This document shows, in pieces, positions 49,733 through 59,375 of a DNA stretch of 64,000 bases. The notes below the pieces were generated by a model, which saw nothing but the letters and a program-made list of their open reading frames with translations, did no database searches and was not told the DNA's origin. A program made the position numbers and the translations under genes. Source of the DNA: an uncultured Actinomycetes bacterium (GTDB taxonomy: Bacteria; Actinomycetota; Thermoleophilia; Gaiellales; JAICJC01); the NCBI GenBank assembly GCA_963706075.1, contig CAVPLP010000002.1:432758-496757 (forward strand), written 5' to 3'. Every line of letters begins with the position of its first letter. The stretch's first letter is position 1.

Positions 49733-50635
49733 GTGGATGCGGTCACCGGGGCGTTCTCGTACACGGGCTCGGCGATCGCGTACGAGCTCCTCGCCCGTGA
49801 CCGCTCGGTGCGGACGCTGGTGCGCTCGCCGGCGCCGGCCGGGCACCCCCTGGAGGGCAGCGTCGACGTCGCTCCGCTCGCACTCGACGACGAGACGGCT
49901 CTCACGAGCGCGCTCGACGGGATCGAGGTGCTCTACAACACGTTCTGGATCAGGTTTCCGCGCGGCCCATCGACGTTCGAGTGGGCGATCGCCGCGTCGG
50001 CTCGCCTCTTCCGGGCTGCGGCCGCGGCCGGCGTCGAGCGGATCGTGCACATCTCGGTCACGCGGCCGTCCGTCTCGTCGCCCTATGCCTACTTCCGCGC
50101 CAAGGCGGCCGTCGACGAGCTGGCGCTGGGCGGCCCGGTGCCCGCCGTGAGCGTCCGCCCGTCACTCGTGTTCGGCGGCCGGCAGGAGATCCTGGTCAAC
50201 AACATCGCCTGGTTCCTGCGGCGCTCGCCGGTGTTCGCAGTCCCGCGCCGGCCCTGCCGGGTGCAGCCGGTGCACGTCGAGGACGTCGCCCGGATCGCGG
50301 CCGACGCCGTCGAGCCCGGCATCGTCGACGCCGTCGGGCCCGAGACCTTCACGTATCGCGAGCTCGTCTCGGACGTCGGCGCGGCTGTCGGCTCGCGGGC
50401 CCGGCTCGTGCCGCTTCCGGAGCGGGCGGTCGCGGCGCTCGGTCGCGCAGCCGGTGTGCCCCTGCACGACACCATCGTGACCGCGGAGGAGCTCGGCGCG
50501 CTCACGGCAAGCCTGCTCACGTCCGACGAGCCGCCCCGCGGCACGCTGCGGTTCTCGGACTGGCTCCCGGGCCAGGCGGACTGGCTCGGCCGCGACTACC
50601 ACTCGGAGCTCGACCGGCACTGGGGCGGCACCTGA
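49733..50635 (+). CDS. NAD(P)-binding NmrA/epimerase-like protein
   Basis: GTG at 49733 with TATCCT (49721-49726) 6 nt upstream. VTGAFSYTGSAIA Rossmann start, then YFRAKAAVDE. Confidence 0.75.
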   Translation: MDAVTGAFSYTGSAIAYELLARDRSVRTLVRSPAPAGHPLEGSVDVAPLALDDETALTSALDGIEVLYNTFWIRFPRGPSTFEWAIAASARLFRAAAAAGVERIVHISVTRPSVSSPYAYFRAKAAVDELALGGPVPAVSVRPSLVFGGRQEILVNNIAWFLRRSPVFAVPRRPCRVQPVHVEDVARIAADAVEPGIVDAVGPETFTYRELVSDVGAAVGSRARLVPLPERAVAALGRAAGVPLHDTIVTAEELGALTASLLTSDEPPRGTLRFSDWLPGQADWLGRDYHSELDRHWGGT

Positions 50636-50653
50636 CGCCTGTATCGTGCGGGG

Positions 50654-51139
50654 ATGGAGTACACCATCCCGGCCGGCACGAAGATCGGCCACGTCCACCT
50701 GAAGGTGTCCGACCTCGACCGCGCCGAGGCGTTCTATCGCGACGTGCTCGGGTTCGAGGTGCAGCAGCACTACGACTCGTCGGCGGCGTTCCTGTCGGCC
50801 GGCGGATATCACCACCACATCGGCCTGAACATCTGGCAGAGCCGCGGCGGCCCGCCGCCGGCGCCCGGCACGACCGGGCTCTTCCACCTCGCCATCCTGT
50901 ACCCCACCCGCGCCGACCTGGCGACGGCGGTGAAGCGCGTGCTCGAGCACGGCGTCCAGCTGACGGGCGCGTCAGACCACGGCGTCTCCGAGGCGATCTA
51001 CCTGCATGACCCCGACGGGAACGGCATCGAGCTCTACCGCGACCGCGACGAGTCCGAGTGGCCGCGCGACGCCGACGGCACGGTGGCGATGGTGACCGAC
51101 CCGCTCGACATGGCCGGCCTCCTGGCCGAGGCGCGCTAG
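50654..51139 (+). CDS. VOC/glyoxalase-family protein (extradiol dioxygenase-like)
   Basis: 161-aa ORF: IGHVHLKVSDLDRAEAFYRDVLGFEV...FHLAI...YLHDPDGNGIELY. TATCGT (50642-50647) lies 6 nt upstream of the ATG. Confidence 0.85.
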   Translation: MEYTIPAGTKIGHVHLKVSDLDRAEAFYRDVLGFEVQQHYDSSAAFLSAGGYHHHIGLNIWQSRGGPPPAPGTTGLFHLAILYPTRADLATAVKRVLEHGVQLTGASDHGVSEAIYLHDPDGNGIELYRDRDESEWPRDADGTVAMVTDPLDMAGLLAEAR

Positions 51140-52029
51140 GGCCCGACCGAGAGGCGGAAGACGTCCGGCCGGTGGTAGTGGCCGGCGGGGTCGAAGCGCT
51201 GCCGCTCCTCGTCGAGGCGGGCCGGATCGAGCGTCGCCGTGAGGATGCCCGGCTCGTCCCACAGCGGGCCGGCGAGGTAGCTGCCGTCCGGGCCGAGGAT
51301 GGCCGACCCTCCGCGGTTCATCAGGTCGGCGCCGTCGGCCAGCGGGACGTCCTCGGGGTGCGACGAGGCCCGCTGGAAGACCTCGGCCGTCATGACGTAG
51401 GCGCGCGCCTCGCGGGCGATGTGGCGCATCGAATCGTGCCAGGCCTCCGAGTCGTCCGCGGTCGGTGCGAGCAGGATCTCGAGCCCGTCCTGGTAGAGCG
51501 CGAATCGGGCCAGCGGCATGTTCGTCTCCCAGCAGATCAGCCCGCCGACTCGCCCGAAGCCGGCGTCGACGGTGTGCAGGCTCGATCCGTCGCCCATGCC
51601 CCACACCAGCCGTTCGTGGTTGGTCGGCATGAGCTTTCGGTGATGGCGGCGAAGCTCGCCGTCGGGCCCGTGGACGAGGAGCGAGTTGTAGAGCGTCCCG
51701 CCGGAGCGCTCGTTGACTCCCACGGCGAGCCAGACGCCATGATGCTTCGCGATCTCGCCGAGGCGATCGCATGCCGGACCGGGCACCTCGACGGCCTCGC
51801 GCATGAGACGCGCGAAGGTCGCCCGGGCGGCGGGGTCCGCCCCGGCGGCGAGGAACCGCACCCAGCGGTTCGACGGGTAGCCGGGGATGAAGGCCTCGGG
51901 GAAGAGGACGAGCTCGGCCCCGGTCGCCGACGCCTCCGCCGTGAGCTCGTCGAGGCGCTCGAACGTCGCGGCCTGGTCGAGGATCGCGGGCTCGGCCTGC
52001 ACGCACGCGACGGTGACGGGGCTCCTCAC
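51136..52029 (-). CDS. Nitrilase (nitrilase-superfamily branch 1-like)
   Basis: GTG at 52029 (GTGA overlap with the GFA stop): VACVQAEP...LVLFPEAFIPGYP...HRKLMPT...GGLICWETNMPLAR, giving the E-K-C triad context. Confidence 0.85.
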   Translation of the reverse strand: MRSPVTVACVQAEPAILDQAATFERLDELTAEASATGAELVLFPEAFIPGYPSNRWVRFLAAGADPAARATFARLMREAVEVPGPACDRLGEIAKHHGVWLAVGVNERSGGTLYNSLLVHGPDGELRRHHRKLMPTNHERLVWGMGDGSSLHTVDAGFGRVGGLICWETNMPLARFALYQDGLEILLAPTADDSEAWHDSMRHIAREARAYVMTAEVFQRASSHPEDVPLADGADLMNRGGSAILGPDGSYLAGPLWDEPGILTATLDPARLDEERQRFDPAGHYHRPDVFRLSVGP

Positions 52030-52508
52030 GTGCGCGAGGCCTGCGAGCTCATGACCGCCGACAACCGCTCGAGGCTGGCGGACGGCCACTGCGTCTTCGT
52101 GTCGTAGTACACGCCGAACGCCGGCACAGCCTCTGGGATCGTGACCCAGGGCAGCTTGGACCTCGTGAAGATGTGGACGTCGGGCCTGGCCAGCGACGGG
52201 TCGTCAAGCGTGCCGCCGCGGACGAATCGCACCTCCGGCCGGCTGTACAGGCTGTAGACCGCCACCTGGCACGTGGGGCACCGGAAGATGCGCTGGGTCG
52301 AGCCGTCGTCGCGGGGCACATCGACCGGCTGCGGATCACCCGCGACGAGCTCGACCCGGTCGGCCTCGATCAACAGGTTGATCGCGTAGGCGCTTCCCGT
52401 CTGCCGCTGGCAGCTCAGACAGTGGCAGCAGTGCGTGAACATCGGCTCGGACGTGAGCCGGTAGCGCACCGCTCCGCACGAGCAGCCACCCTCGGTCGGA
52501 TACGACAT
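52026..52508 (-). CDS. GFA-family (glutathione-dependent formaldehyde-activating/CENP-V-like) zinc protein
   Basis: 160-aa ORF: GGCSCGAVRY...THCCHCLSCQRQTGSAY...FRCPTCQ. Confidence 0.85.
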   Translation of the reverse strand: MSYPTEGGCSCGAVRYRLTSEPMFTHCCHCLSCQRQTGSAYAINLLIEADRVELVAGDPQPVDVPRDDGSTQRIFRCPTCQVAVYSLYSRPEVRFVRGGTLDDPSLARPDVHIFTRSKLPWVTIPEAVPAFGVYYDTKTQWPSASLERLSAVMSSQASRT

Positions 52509-52526
52509 GGCGCAAGCGTACTCGGC

Positions 52527-54279
52527 TCACGCCGGCTGGAGGGGCCGAGCACCGAGCGCGCTCGCCATCGAGCGATGCGCGGCTCCGGTGCCGACGAGCA
52601 CCGAGCGGGACGGGTCGACGCCGTGGGCCCGCGCGAACGCGAGCGGAAGGCCCGGAAGCGGCGGCCGGCACCAGCAGCGCGGCGGTCCGGCGGCGTGCGG
52701 GCAGAGCGCGGCCTCAATCGGCCCTGAGACCACCGCGGCAAGACGGCGGGTCGCGCCGTCGAGCGCGGTGCGGTCGCCGTCCGGGTTCCAGTCGAAGACC
52801 AGGTGCGGCGCGTCGGCCGTGGCCCCGGCGAGGGCGTGCTCCCACCCGTCGCGATGGAGCGCCGCCGCCGCGACGAACACGCCCGCCACCGTTCCCTCCG
52901 GGTTCGGCGCGCGCGCGAACGCTCGCCGTTCGACGCTCGCGAAGCCCTCGTCATCCCCGGGCGGCTCGAGCTCGCGAACGGTGCGCATCTGCGACGTCGG
53001 CGTGAGCAGGCCGGGCTCGCGCCGGGCCAGCTCGCGCAGCGTGGCGGGATCCGGGAGCGAGCCGCAGCGGTCGAGGAGGCGCTCGACGAGGTTGATCTGG
53101 GCCTGCGCGAGCGGCGTGTCCAGCCAGATGCAGCGCGCCGAGGCGCCGTGCCGGCCCGCGATCTCGACGACCTCGTTGCGTGCGGCCCGGGTGAGGTACG
53201 TGTTGTCGAGGACGATCTGCCGCGTGCCCGCGGCCAGCGCGTCGTCGAGGGCACCTGCGACGTCGCGCAGCGAGCCGCCGCGCTCGTCGCGGTTCAGGCG
53301 CAGGTAGCCGCGGGCGACGTGCTCGTCCGCGATCCGGCTCTTGCCCGCGCCGGGGATGCCCATGACGATCACGATGTCGGCAGACGCTGCCGTGCGCGAG
53401 CGCTTCGCCCGGGCGGGATCTGACAGCCCGAGTGCGCGACCGACCGCGGCGCGCTGCTCGGCGTCGAGCCGAAGCCCGGCGGCCGCCGCAGCGGAGCGGG
53501 CCGTCTCGGGGCGCCGCGCACCGGGGATCGCCACCACCACAGGCGACAGGCCGAGCAGCCACGCGAGCGCGACCTCGGCCGGGCTCGCGGCGAGAGCGCC
53601 CGCAACGGCGACGAGCGCGCCGTTCCGTCCCAGGCGCCCGGCGCGCTTCGGGCCGCCCAGCGGCGAATGGGCGATGACGGCGATCCCGGCCTCGGCACAT
53701 CGATCGAGCACCCCGCCCCGCACGGCGCGGTCGTCGAACGGGCTGAGACCCACCTGGACGGCTGCGATCGGCGCGAGCTCGAGCGCCTCGTCGAGCTGGC
53801 GGCGGTTGACGTTGCAGACGCCGACCCGCCGCGCCAGTCCCTCCTCGCCGATCCGGGCCAGCGCCCGCAACGACGTGCGCCACGGCGTCCGCGGATCGGG
53901 TGCGTGGAGGAGGTAGGCGTCGATCTCGAGGCCGTCCAGCGCGACGAGGCTCGCCTCGCATCCGGCCAGGATGGCCTTCGCTCGACCGTCCGGGACCCAC
54001 GCTCCTCGGGTTCGGGCCATGCCACCCTTCGTCACGATCCGCGCGCGTCGCTTCGGCGCCCGACCGGCGCAGGGCGCCGGCCAGCAGGCGCTCGTTGTGC
54101 CCGAGCTCGCCTTCGTCGCGGCCGTAGGCGTGGGCGGTGTCGAAGACCGTTACGCCCGCCGCCGCCGCGGCCGCGATCGTCTCGAGCGCGACCCCCTCGT
54201 CGCGTCCGTCGTCGGTCGAGAGGCGCATGCAGCCGAGGCCGATCCGAAGCTCCGATGCTTCGAGCCACCCGGGCTCCAT
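52527..54279 (-). CDS. Fusion protein: aldo/keto reductase + P-loop (PNK/AAA_33-like) kinase + degenerate HAD-like phosphatase domain (frame change at ~54036-54046)
   Basis: MEPGWLEASELRIGLGCMRLS...FDTAHAYG...NERLLG (ORF 52951..55716 frame) joins RIVTKGG...LLHAPD...AIPGARRPE (ORF 52527..54035). Next come VIVMGIPGAGKS...LDNTY, then CPHAAGPPRCWCRPPLPGL...VLVGTG. The expected DxDGT is replaced by VAAAAL. Confidence 0.7.
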
Positions 54280-54284
54280 GCGGC

Positions 54285-55058
54285 CTACCCGAGCTGCCAG
54301 CGGGCGATCTCCTCGAGGGCTCCCGCGCTCGTCAGGTCGAGGTGGATCGGCGTGACGGCGATCTTGCCCTCGGCGACCGCTCGGAAGTCGGTGTCGGGCT
54401 CGTCGTGGTAGGACGGGTCGTCGCCGTAGATGCGGTAGCGGCGGCGGCCGGCGTCGTCCGACTCGAGGTCGAGGCGGTCGCGGTAGATGCGGCGGCCGAG
54501 CCGGGCCACCTCGACCCCCTGCACCGGAGGCGGCGGAGCGTTGACGTTGAGGATCGTCCCGGCGGGGAGGCCATGCTCGGCGATCTGCCGGACCAGCGCG
54601 GCCAGGATGCCGGCGGCCGGCGAGAAGTCGTACCGGCGCTGGCGGCGGAAGTGCAGCCCCGCCTCCTGCGACTGCTGCGAGACGGCGATGGCGGGGATGC
54701 CGAGCACGATCCCCTCGAACGCGGCGGCGACGGTGCCCGAGTACGTGACGTCGTCGCCCAGGTTCACGCCGTAGTTGATGCCGGCCACGATCAGGTCCGG
54801 GCGCTCGCCGACGAGCCCGAGCTCGGCGAAGCGCACGCAGTCGACGGGCGTTCCGTCGGTGGCGAAGCCGCGCGTCCCATCGCGCAGCTCCACCTCGGTC
54901 ACGGTCAGCGCCCGGTCGATCGTGATGCCGCGGCCGACGGCGCTCCGATTCGAGTCGGGCGCGATCACCGAGACGGTGCCGACCTCGTCGAGCGCCTCCT
55001 TCGCGGCGAACAGGCCGCGGGAGGTGATGCCGTCGTCGTTCGTAAGGAGGATGCGCAT
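54285..55058 (-). CDS. surE: 5'/3'-nucleotidase SurE
   Basis: 257-aa ORF: MRILLTNDDGITSRGL...APDSNRSAVG...GINYGVNLGDDVTYSGTVAAA. Confidence 0.9.
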   Translation of the reverse strand: MRILLTNDDGITSRGLFAAKEALDEVGTVSVIAPDSNRSAVGRGITIDRALTVTEVELRDGTRGFATDGTPVDCVRFAELGLVGERPDLIVAGINYGVNLGDDVTYSGTVAAAFEGIVLGIPAIAVSQQSQEAGLHFRRQRRYDFSPAAGILAALVRQIAEHGLPAGTILNVNAPPPPVQGVEVARLGRRIYRDRLDLESDDAGRRRYRIYGDDPSYHDEPDTDFRAVAEGKIAVTPIHLDLTSAGALEEIARWQLG

Positions 55059-55698
55059 GCCAGGCGAAGGTTACGAGGCTCGCCGGTATCGTGCCCGGGT
55101 GCCGTCCCGCGGGCCCGCATACCGGATCGTCACGAGGCGCCTCGTGGTCCGCTGCTGGGAGCCGCGCGACGCCCCGCTCCTCAAGGACGCGATCGATTCG
55201 AGCCTCGACCATCTCCGCGCGTGGATGCCGTGGGCGCAGCACGAGCCCCAGACGCTCGCCGAGAAGGTCGAGCTTCTGCGCGAGTTCCGGGGGCAGTTCG
55301 ACCTCGGCGCCAACTCCGTCTACGCGATCTTCGACGCCGCTGAGGAGCGCGTGCTGGGCGGCACCGGCCTCCACCCGCGGATCGGCCCCGGCGCGCTCGA
55401 GATCGGCTACTGGATCCGGGCCGACGCCACCGGCCGGGGCTACGCGACCGAGTCGACGGCCGCGCTCACGCGGGTGGCGTTCGAGGTGGCCGACGTGGAC
55501 CGGGTCGAGATCCGGTGCGCGCCTGCGAACCTCGCGAGCGCCGCCATCCCGCAGAAGCTCGGATATGCGCTTGTTGAGTCGGGCGAGGATCTGATCTTCG
55601 CCATCGCGAAGGGCGACTTCCCCGGGAGCCCGTCGGCGGCGACGCCGCTCGCCGCCTACGACGTCGTGGGGGCGGCGTTGGTCGACGGCCTGGGGTGA
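55057..55698 (+). CDS. GNAT-family N-acetyltransferase (RimJ/RimL-like)
   Basis: ATG at 55057 with AAGGAGG 6 nt upstream, within ORF 54775..55698: TRRLVVRCWEPRDAP...IGYWIRADATGRGYATEST. Its start overlaps the divergent surE start (CATG). Confidence 0.8.
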   Translation: MPGEGYEARRYRARVPSRGPAYRIVTRRLVVRCWEPRDAPLLKDAIDSSLDHLRAWMPWAQHEPQTLAEKVELLREFRGQFDLGANSVYAIFDAAEERVLGGTGLHPRIGPGALEIGYWIRADATGRGYATESTAALTRVAFEVADVDRVEIRCAPANLASAAIPQKLGYALVESGEDLIFAIAKGDFPGSPSAATPLAAYDVVGAALVDGLG

Positions 55699-55727
55699 AA
55701 CATTGGCATCAGGCACCGCTGTTTCAG
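55695..55727. repeat. Palindromic element copy 6a (GTGAAACATTGGCATCAGGCACCGCTGTTTCAG)
   Basis: Overlaps the GNAT stop codon. First unit of a head-to-tail dimer. Confidence 0.8.
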
Positions 55728-55760
55728 GTGAAACATTGGTACCTGGTACAGGTGTTTCAC
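55728..55760. repeat. Palindromic element copy 6b (GTGAAACATTGGTACCTGGTACAGGTGTTTCAC)
   Basis: Second 33-nt unit. It ends 2 nt before the convergent truA stop (55763). Confidence 0.8.
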
Positions 55761-55762
55761 GG

Positions 55763-56464
55763 TCAGTAGGTGACGGACTCGAGGGTCAGGCCGTGCGGCG
55801 GGGCCGTGCGGCCTGCGTCGGAGCGGGGCCGCCCGGCCAGGAGGGCCGCGAGGTACTCGGGATCCGGCCGGTCGAGCATCGTCCCCACCAGCACGCGCAC
55901 CATGTGGCGCAGGAAGGCGTCCGCGGTGATGTGGAACTCGAGGCGCTCGCCGTCGGCGCGCCAGCCGGCGGCGGTGACGGTGCGGCCGAAGTGGACGTGC
56001 TCGGTCTCGGTGCGTGTGAACGCCGTGAAGTCATGGGTGCCGACGAGGGCCGAGGCGCACGCGTCGAGGGCGGCTCTCTCCAGGGAACGGGGGTGATGGA
56101 GCTCGTAGCGGCCGCGCAGCGGATCGCGGCTCGGGCCCGTGTTCAGGCGGTAGACATAGCTGCGGGCGCGGGCATCCCTGCGGGCGTCGAACGAGTCGGC
56201 CGCCGGGGCGGCCGCGAGGACGGCGACGTCGGCCGGAAGGCGGTCGTTCAGCGCGACGGCAGGGAGCAGGCGGCCGGCGGCCAGCGAGACGACGTTCGCC
56301 CCGGCGTGGACGCCGGTGTCGGTGCGCCCGGCGACCGTCAGCTCGCGCGGCTCGAGCTCCAGGGCCCGGGCGAGCTCGCCGGCGACCGTGCGAAGGCCCG
56401 GCTGGGGCGCCCAGCCGTGGAAGTCGGTGCCGTCGTACGCGACGGTCAGCCGGTATGTCGGCAC
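55763..56464 (-). CDS. truA: tRNA pseudouridine(38-40) synthase
   Basis: GTG at 56464 within ORF 55763..56764: YRLTVAYDGTDFHGW...VAGRTDTGVHA...YRL...GTHDF. Confidence 0.9.
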   Translation of the reverse strand: MPTYRLTVAYDGTDFHGWAPQPGLRTVAGELARALELEPRELTVAGRTDTGVHAGANVVSLAAGRLLPAVALNDRLPADVAVLAAAPAADSFDARRDARARSYVYRLNTGPSRDPLRGRYELHHPRSLERAALDACASALVGTHDFTAFTRTETEHVHFGRTVTAAGWRADGERLEFHITADAFLRHMVRVLVGTMLDRPDPEYLAALLAGRPRSDAGRTAPPHGLTLESVTY

Positions 56465-56466
56465 CG

Positions 56467-56835
56467 TTAGGGCTGGTGGTCGACGAGCTCGAGGTACGCC
56501 ATCGGTGCGGCGTCCCCGGGGCGCGGGCCGAGCTTCACGATGCGCGTGTAGCCGCCCGGCCGCTCGGTGAACCGCGGCCCGACCTGGTGGAACAGGTCGT
56601 GGACGGCGTCCTTCGACCGCAGGAACGCGACCGCGTGGCGCTGGGCTGCCACGTCGGTCGGGTCCTTGCGTGCGAGGGTGATCAGCTTCTCGGCGATCGG
56701 CCGCAGCTCCTTCGCCTTGGCCTCGGTCGTCTGGATCCGGCCATGGTGGAACAGGGCGCCGCACATGTTCGAGTGAAGCGCCTTGCGGTGGGCCGGATCA
56801 CGGCCCAGCTTGCGACCCTTGCGCTGGTGCCTCAC
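56467..56835 (-). CDS. rplQ: 50S ribosomal protein L17
   Basis: 122-aa ORF: [20 protein letters not shown]...[14 protein letters not shown]...GGYTRI. Confidence 0.95.
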   Translation of the reverse strand: MRHQRKGRKLGRDPAHRKALHSNMCGALFHHGRIQTTEAKAKELRPIAEKLITLARKDPTDVAAQRHAVAFLRSKDAVHDLFHQVGPRFTERPGGYTRIVKLGPRPGDAAPMAYLELVDHQP

Positions 56836-57779
56836 TCGGCTCCCCGCAGGTTCAGGCCGTGCGCCTGGAGCGTCTCCTTCACCTCTTCGATCGACTTCTT
56901 GCCGAAGTTCGGGATCGCGGCCAGCTCGGCCTCGGTCTTGGAGATCAGATCGCCGATCGTCTCGATGCCGACGCGCTTCAGGCAGTTGTACGAGCGCACG
57001 CCCAGCTCGAGCTCCTCGATCAGGATGTTCTCCATCCCATGGGCCGAAGGCGCTGCCGCCTCGGCCGCCGCGCCGTCCTGCCGGATCGCCAGGTCGGCCG
57101 CGTCGATGTCGGTGAAGATGCTGAGGTAGCGGATGAGGATCTCGGCGGCGTCCTTGACGGCGTCCTTCGGCGTCATGGAGCCGTTGGTGGTCACCTCGAG
57201 CTTCAGCTTGTCGAAGTCGGTGCGCTGGCCGACGCGGGCTGCGTCGACGTCGTACGACACGCGCCGGACGGGCGAGAAGATCGAGTCGACGGGAATGACC
57301 CCGATCGTCGTCTCCGGGCCCTTGTTGCCCTCTGCCGGCACGTAGCCGCGCCCACGGGCGATGGTGAGCGTCATCTCGAACCGGGCCTTCTCGGCCAGGT
57401 GGCAGATGATCAGGTCAGGGTTCAGGATCTCGAGGTCGGATGGCGCCTCGATGTCGGCCGCGGTCACCTTGCCGGGGCCGTCCTTCTGCACCTGCACCTC
57501 GACCTCGCCGGACTCGCCGTGGAGCCGGCAGATGAGGTTCTTGAGATTGAGGATGACATCGGTCACATCCTCACGGACGCCCGGCACCGACGTGAACTCG
57601 TGGGCGACGCCCTCGATCTTCACGGAGGTGACGGCGGCTCCCTCGAGCGACGAGAGGAGCACGCGGCGGAGGCTGTTGCCGAACGTGTAGCCGAACCCGC
57701 GGTCGAGCGGCTCGACGACGAACGTGCCAAGCGTCTCGCCGATGTCTTCGGACGTGATCTTCGGAATGTTTTCGAGCAT
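56832..57779 (-). CDS. rpoA: DNA-directed RNA polymerase subunit alpha
   Basis: 315-aa ORF: [39 protein letters not shown]...VRSYNCLKR...IGDL. Confidence 0.95.
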   Translation of the reverse strand: MLENIPKITSEDIGETLGTFVVEPLDRGFGYTFGNSLRRVLLSSLEGAAVTSVKIEGVAHEFTSVPGVREDVTDVILNLKNLICRLHGESGEVEVQVQKDGPGKVTAADIEAPSDLEILNPDLIICHLAEKARFEMTLTIARGRGYVPAEGNKGPETTIGVIPVDSIFSPVRRVSYDVDAARVGQRTDFDKLKLEVTTNGSMTPKDAVKDAAEILIRYLSIFTDIDAADLAIRQDGAAAEAAAPSAHGMENILIEELELGVRSYNCLKRVGIETIGDLISKTEAELAAIPNFGKKSIEEVKETLQAHGLNLRGAE

Positions 57780-57786
57780 GCGGTCC

Positions 57787-58407
57787 TTACTTCGAATAGA
57801 ACTCGACGATCAACTGCTCCTGGACCGGCGTGTCGATGTCCGCTCGGTCGGGGAGGCGTAGAACCGTCCCCTGCAGGTTGTCGTGGTCGGCCTGGAGCCA
57901 CGGGGCGACCGACGCGGTCAGATCGGTTGCGTCGGTCACTGCCGCCTTGGCGCCGGATCCCTGACGAAGGGAGACGACGTCGTCGGCGGAGACCTGGAAG
58001 GACGGGATGTTGACCTTCCTACCGTTGACGGTGAAATGGTTGTGCCGGACGAGCTGGCGGGCCTGCGATCGCGACGCCGCGAAGCCGAGCCGGTAGACGA
58101 CGTTGTCGAGGCGCAGCTCGAGCATCCGCAGGAAGTTCTCGCCCGTGATGCCGGACTTGCGGCTGGCCTTCTCGTAGTAGGTGCGAAACTGCGACTCGAG
58201 CACGCCGTAGTAGCGGCGCATCTTCTGCTTCTCGCGCAGCTGGAGCAGGTACTCGGACTGCTTGATCCGGCCGCGGCCGTGCTCGCCCGGCGGGTACGCG
58301 CGCCGCTCGATCGCGCACTTCTCGGTGAGGCAGCGCTCGCCCTTGAGAAAGAGCTTCATGTTCTCGCGGCGGCACTGCTTGCACTTGGGGCCGATCATGC
58401 GGGCCAT
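57787..58407 (-). CDS. rpsD: 30S ribosomal protein S4
   Basis: 206-aa ORF: [15 protein letters not shown]...YGVLESQFR...[12 protein letters not shown]. Confidence 0.95.
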   Translation of the reverse strand: MARMIGPKCKQCRRENMKLFLKGERCLTEKCAIERRAYPPGEHGRGRIKQSEYLLQLREKQKMRRYYGVLESQFRTYYEKASRKSGITGENFLRMLELRLDNVVYRLGFAASRSQARQLVRHNHFTVNGRKVNIPSFQVSADDVVSLRQGSGAKAAVTDATDLTASVAPWLQADHDNLQGTVLRLPDRADIDTPVQEQLIVEFYSK

Positions 58408-58814
58408 TAGACGCGCCTCCGCTTGCGCGGGCGGACGCCGTTGTGTGCCTGCGGGCTCACGTCCTTGACGCCGAGGATCTCGAGGCCGGCCGCCTGGAGC
58501 GACCGGATGGCCGTCTCGCGGCCGGAGCCGGGGCCCTTCACGAACACCTCGACCTTCTGGAGGCCGTGCTCCATGCCTTCGCGCGCGGCGGCGTCGGCCG
58601 TCACCTGGGCGGCGAACGGCGTCGACTTGCGCGACCCCTTGAACCCGACCGCGCCGGCGCTCTTCCAGACGATCACCGCGCCGTCCTTGTCGGTCAGCGC
58701 GACGAGCGTGTTGTTGAACGACGTCTTGATGTGCGCCTGGCCGATGGCGATGTTCTTACGGGCCTTTCGGCGGACACGACCACGCGTGCCGCCTCTACGG
58801 GGTGCTGGGGGCAA
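58407..58814 (-). CDS. rpsK: 30S ribosomal protein S11
   Basis: 135-aa ORF: [18 protein letters not shown]...[14 protein letters not shown]...[12 protein letters not shown] overlap with rpsD. Confidence 0.95.
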   Translation of the reverse strand: MPPAPRRGGTRGRVRRKARKNIAIGQAHIKTSFNNTLVALTDKDGAVIVWKSAGAVGFKGSRKSTPFAAQVTADAAAREGMEHGLQKVEVFVKGPGSGRETAIRSLQAAGLEILGVKDVSPQAHNGVRPRKRRRV

Positions 58815-59186
58815 TTACTTCTTCCTCTGCTTGCCGACGGTCTTCTTGGGGCCCTTGCGGGTGCGCGCGTTCGTGCGCGTGCGCTGGCCGTCGACCGGAA
58901 GGCCGCGGCGGTGCCGCAGGCCGCGGTAGCAGCCGATCTCCATCAGGCGCTTCACGTTCTGCGAGCGCTCGCGGCGCAGGTCGCCCTCGACCGTGAGGCC
59001 CTGGTCGATGTGCGCGCGCAGCCGCCCGACCTCCTCTTCGGTGAGGTCGCGGACCTTCGTGTCGGGGCTCAGGCCGAGCTCGGCGAGCACCTTGAGCGAG
59101 GTCGACCGGCCGATCCCGTAGATGTACGTGAGACCGACCTCGACCCGCTTCTCACGGGGAATGTTCACGCCCGCTATCCGGGCCAT
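58815..59186 (-). CDS. rpsM: 30S ribosomal protein S13
   Basis: ATG at 59186 within ORF 58815..59261: [26 protein letters not shown]...[18 protein letters not shown]. Confidence 0.95.
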   Translation of the reverse strand: MARIAGVNIPREKRVEVGLTYIYGIGRSTSLKVLAELGLSPDTKVRDLTEEEVGRLRAHIDQGLTVEGDLRRERSQNVKRLMEIGCYRGLRHRRGLPVDGQRTRTNARTRKGPKKTVGKQRKK

Positions 59187-59299
59187 CAGCCTTGCCTCTG
59201 CTTGTGGCGGGGATTCGAGCAGATGACCAGCACGTTGCCGTGCCGGCGGATAACGCGGCACTTCTCACACATCGGGCGGACGCTGGGTCTGACCTTCAC
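59186..59299 (-). CDS. rpmJ: 50S ribosomal protein L36
   Basis: GTG at 59299 with GGAGGA upstream: [42 protein letters not shown] overlap with rpsM. Confidence 0.9.
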   Translation of the reverse strand: MKVRPSVRPMCEKCRVIRRHGNVLVICSNPRHKQRQG

Positions 59300-59375
59300 A
59301 GGGAATCCTCCAGGGGGACGGGGGCCCGCTCGGCGGGCAGGCGCAGGCACGCCGCACGAGCGACCCTGAAGTCTA

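Noticed and set aside
51136-52508. The GFA-family gene translationally coupled (GTGA) to a nitrilase, as a novel nitrile or formaldehyde detoxification module.
   Set aside because: The coupling is real in the sequence. Both families are broad and frequently adjacent to unrelated genes, and I have no evidence for a functional link beyond operon membership.
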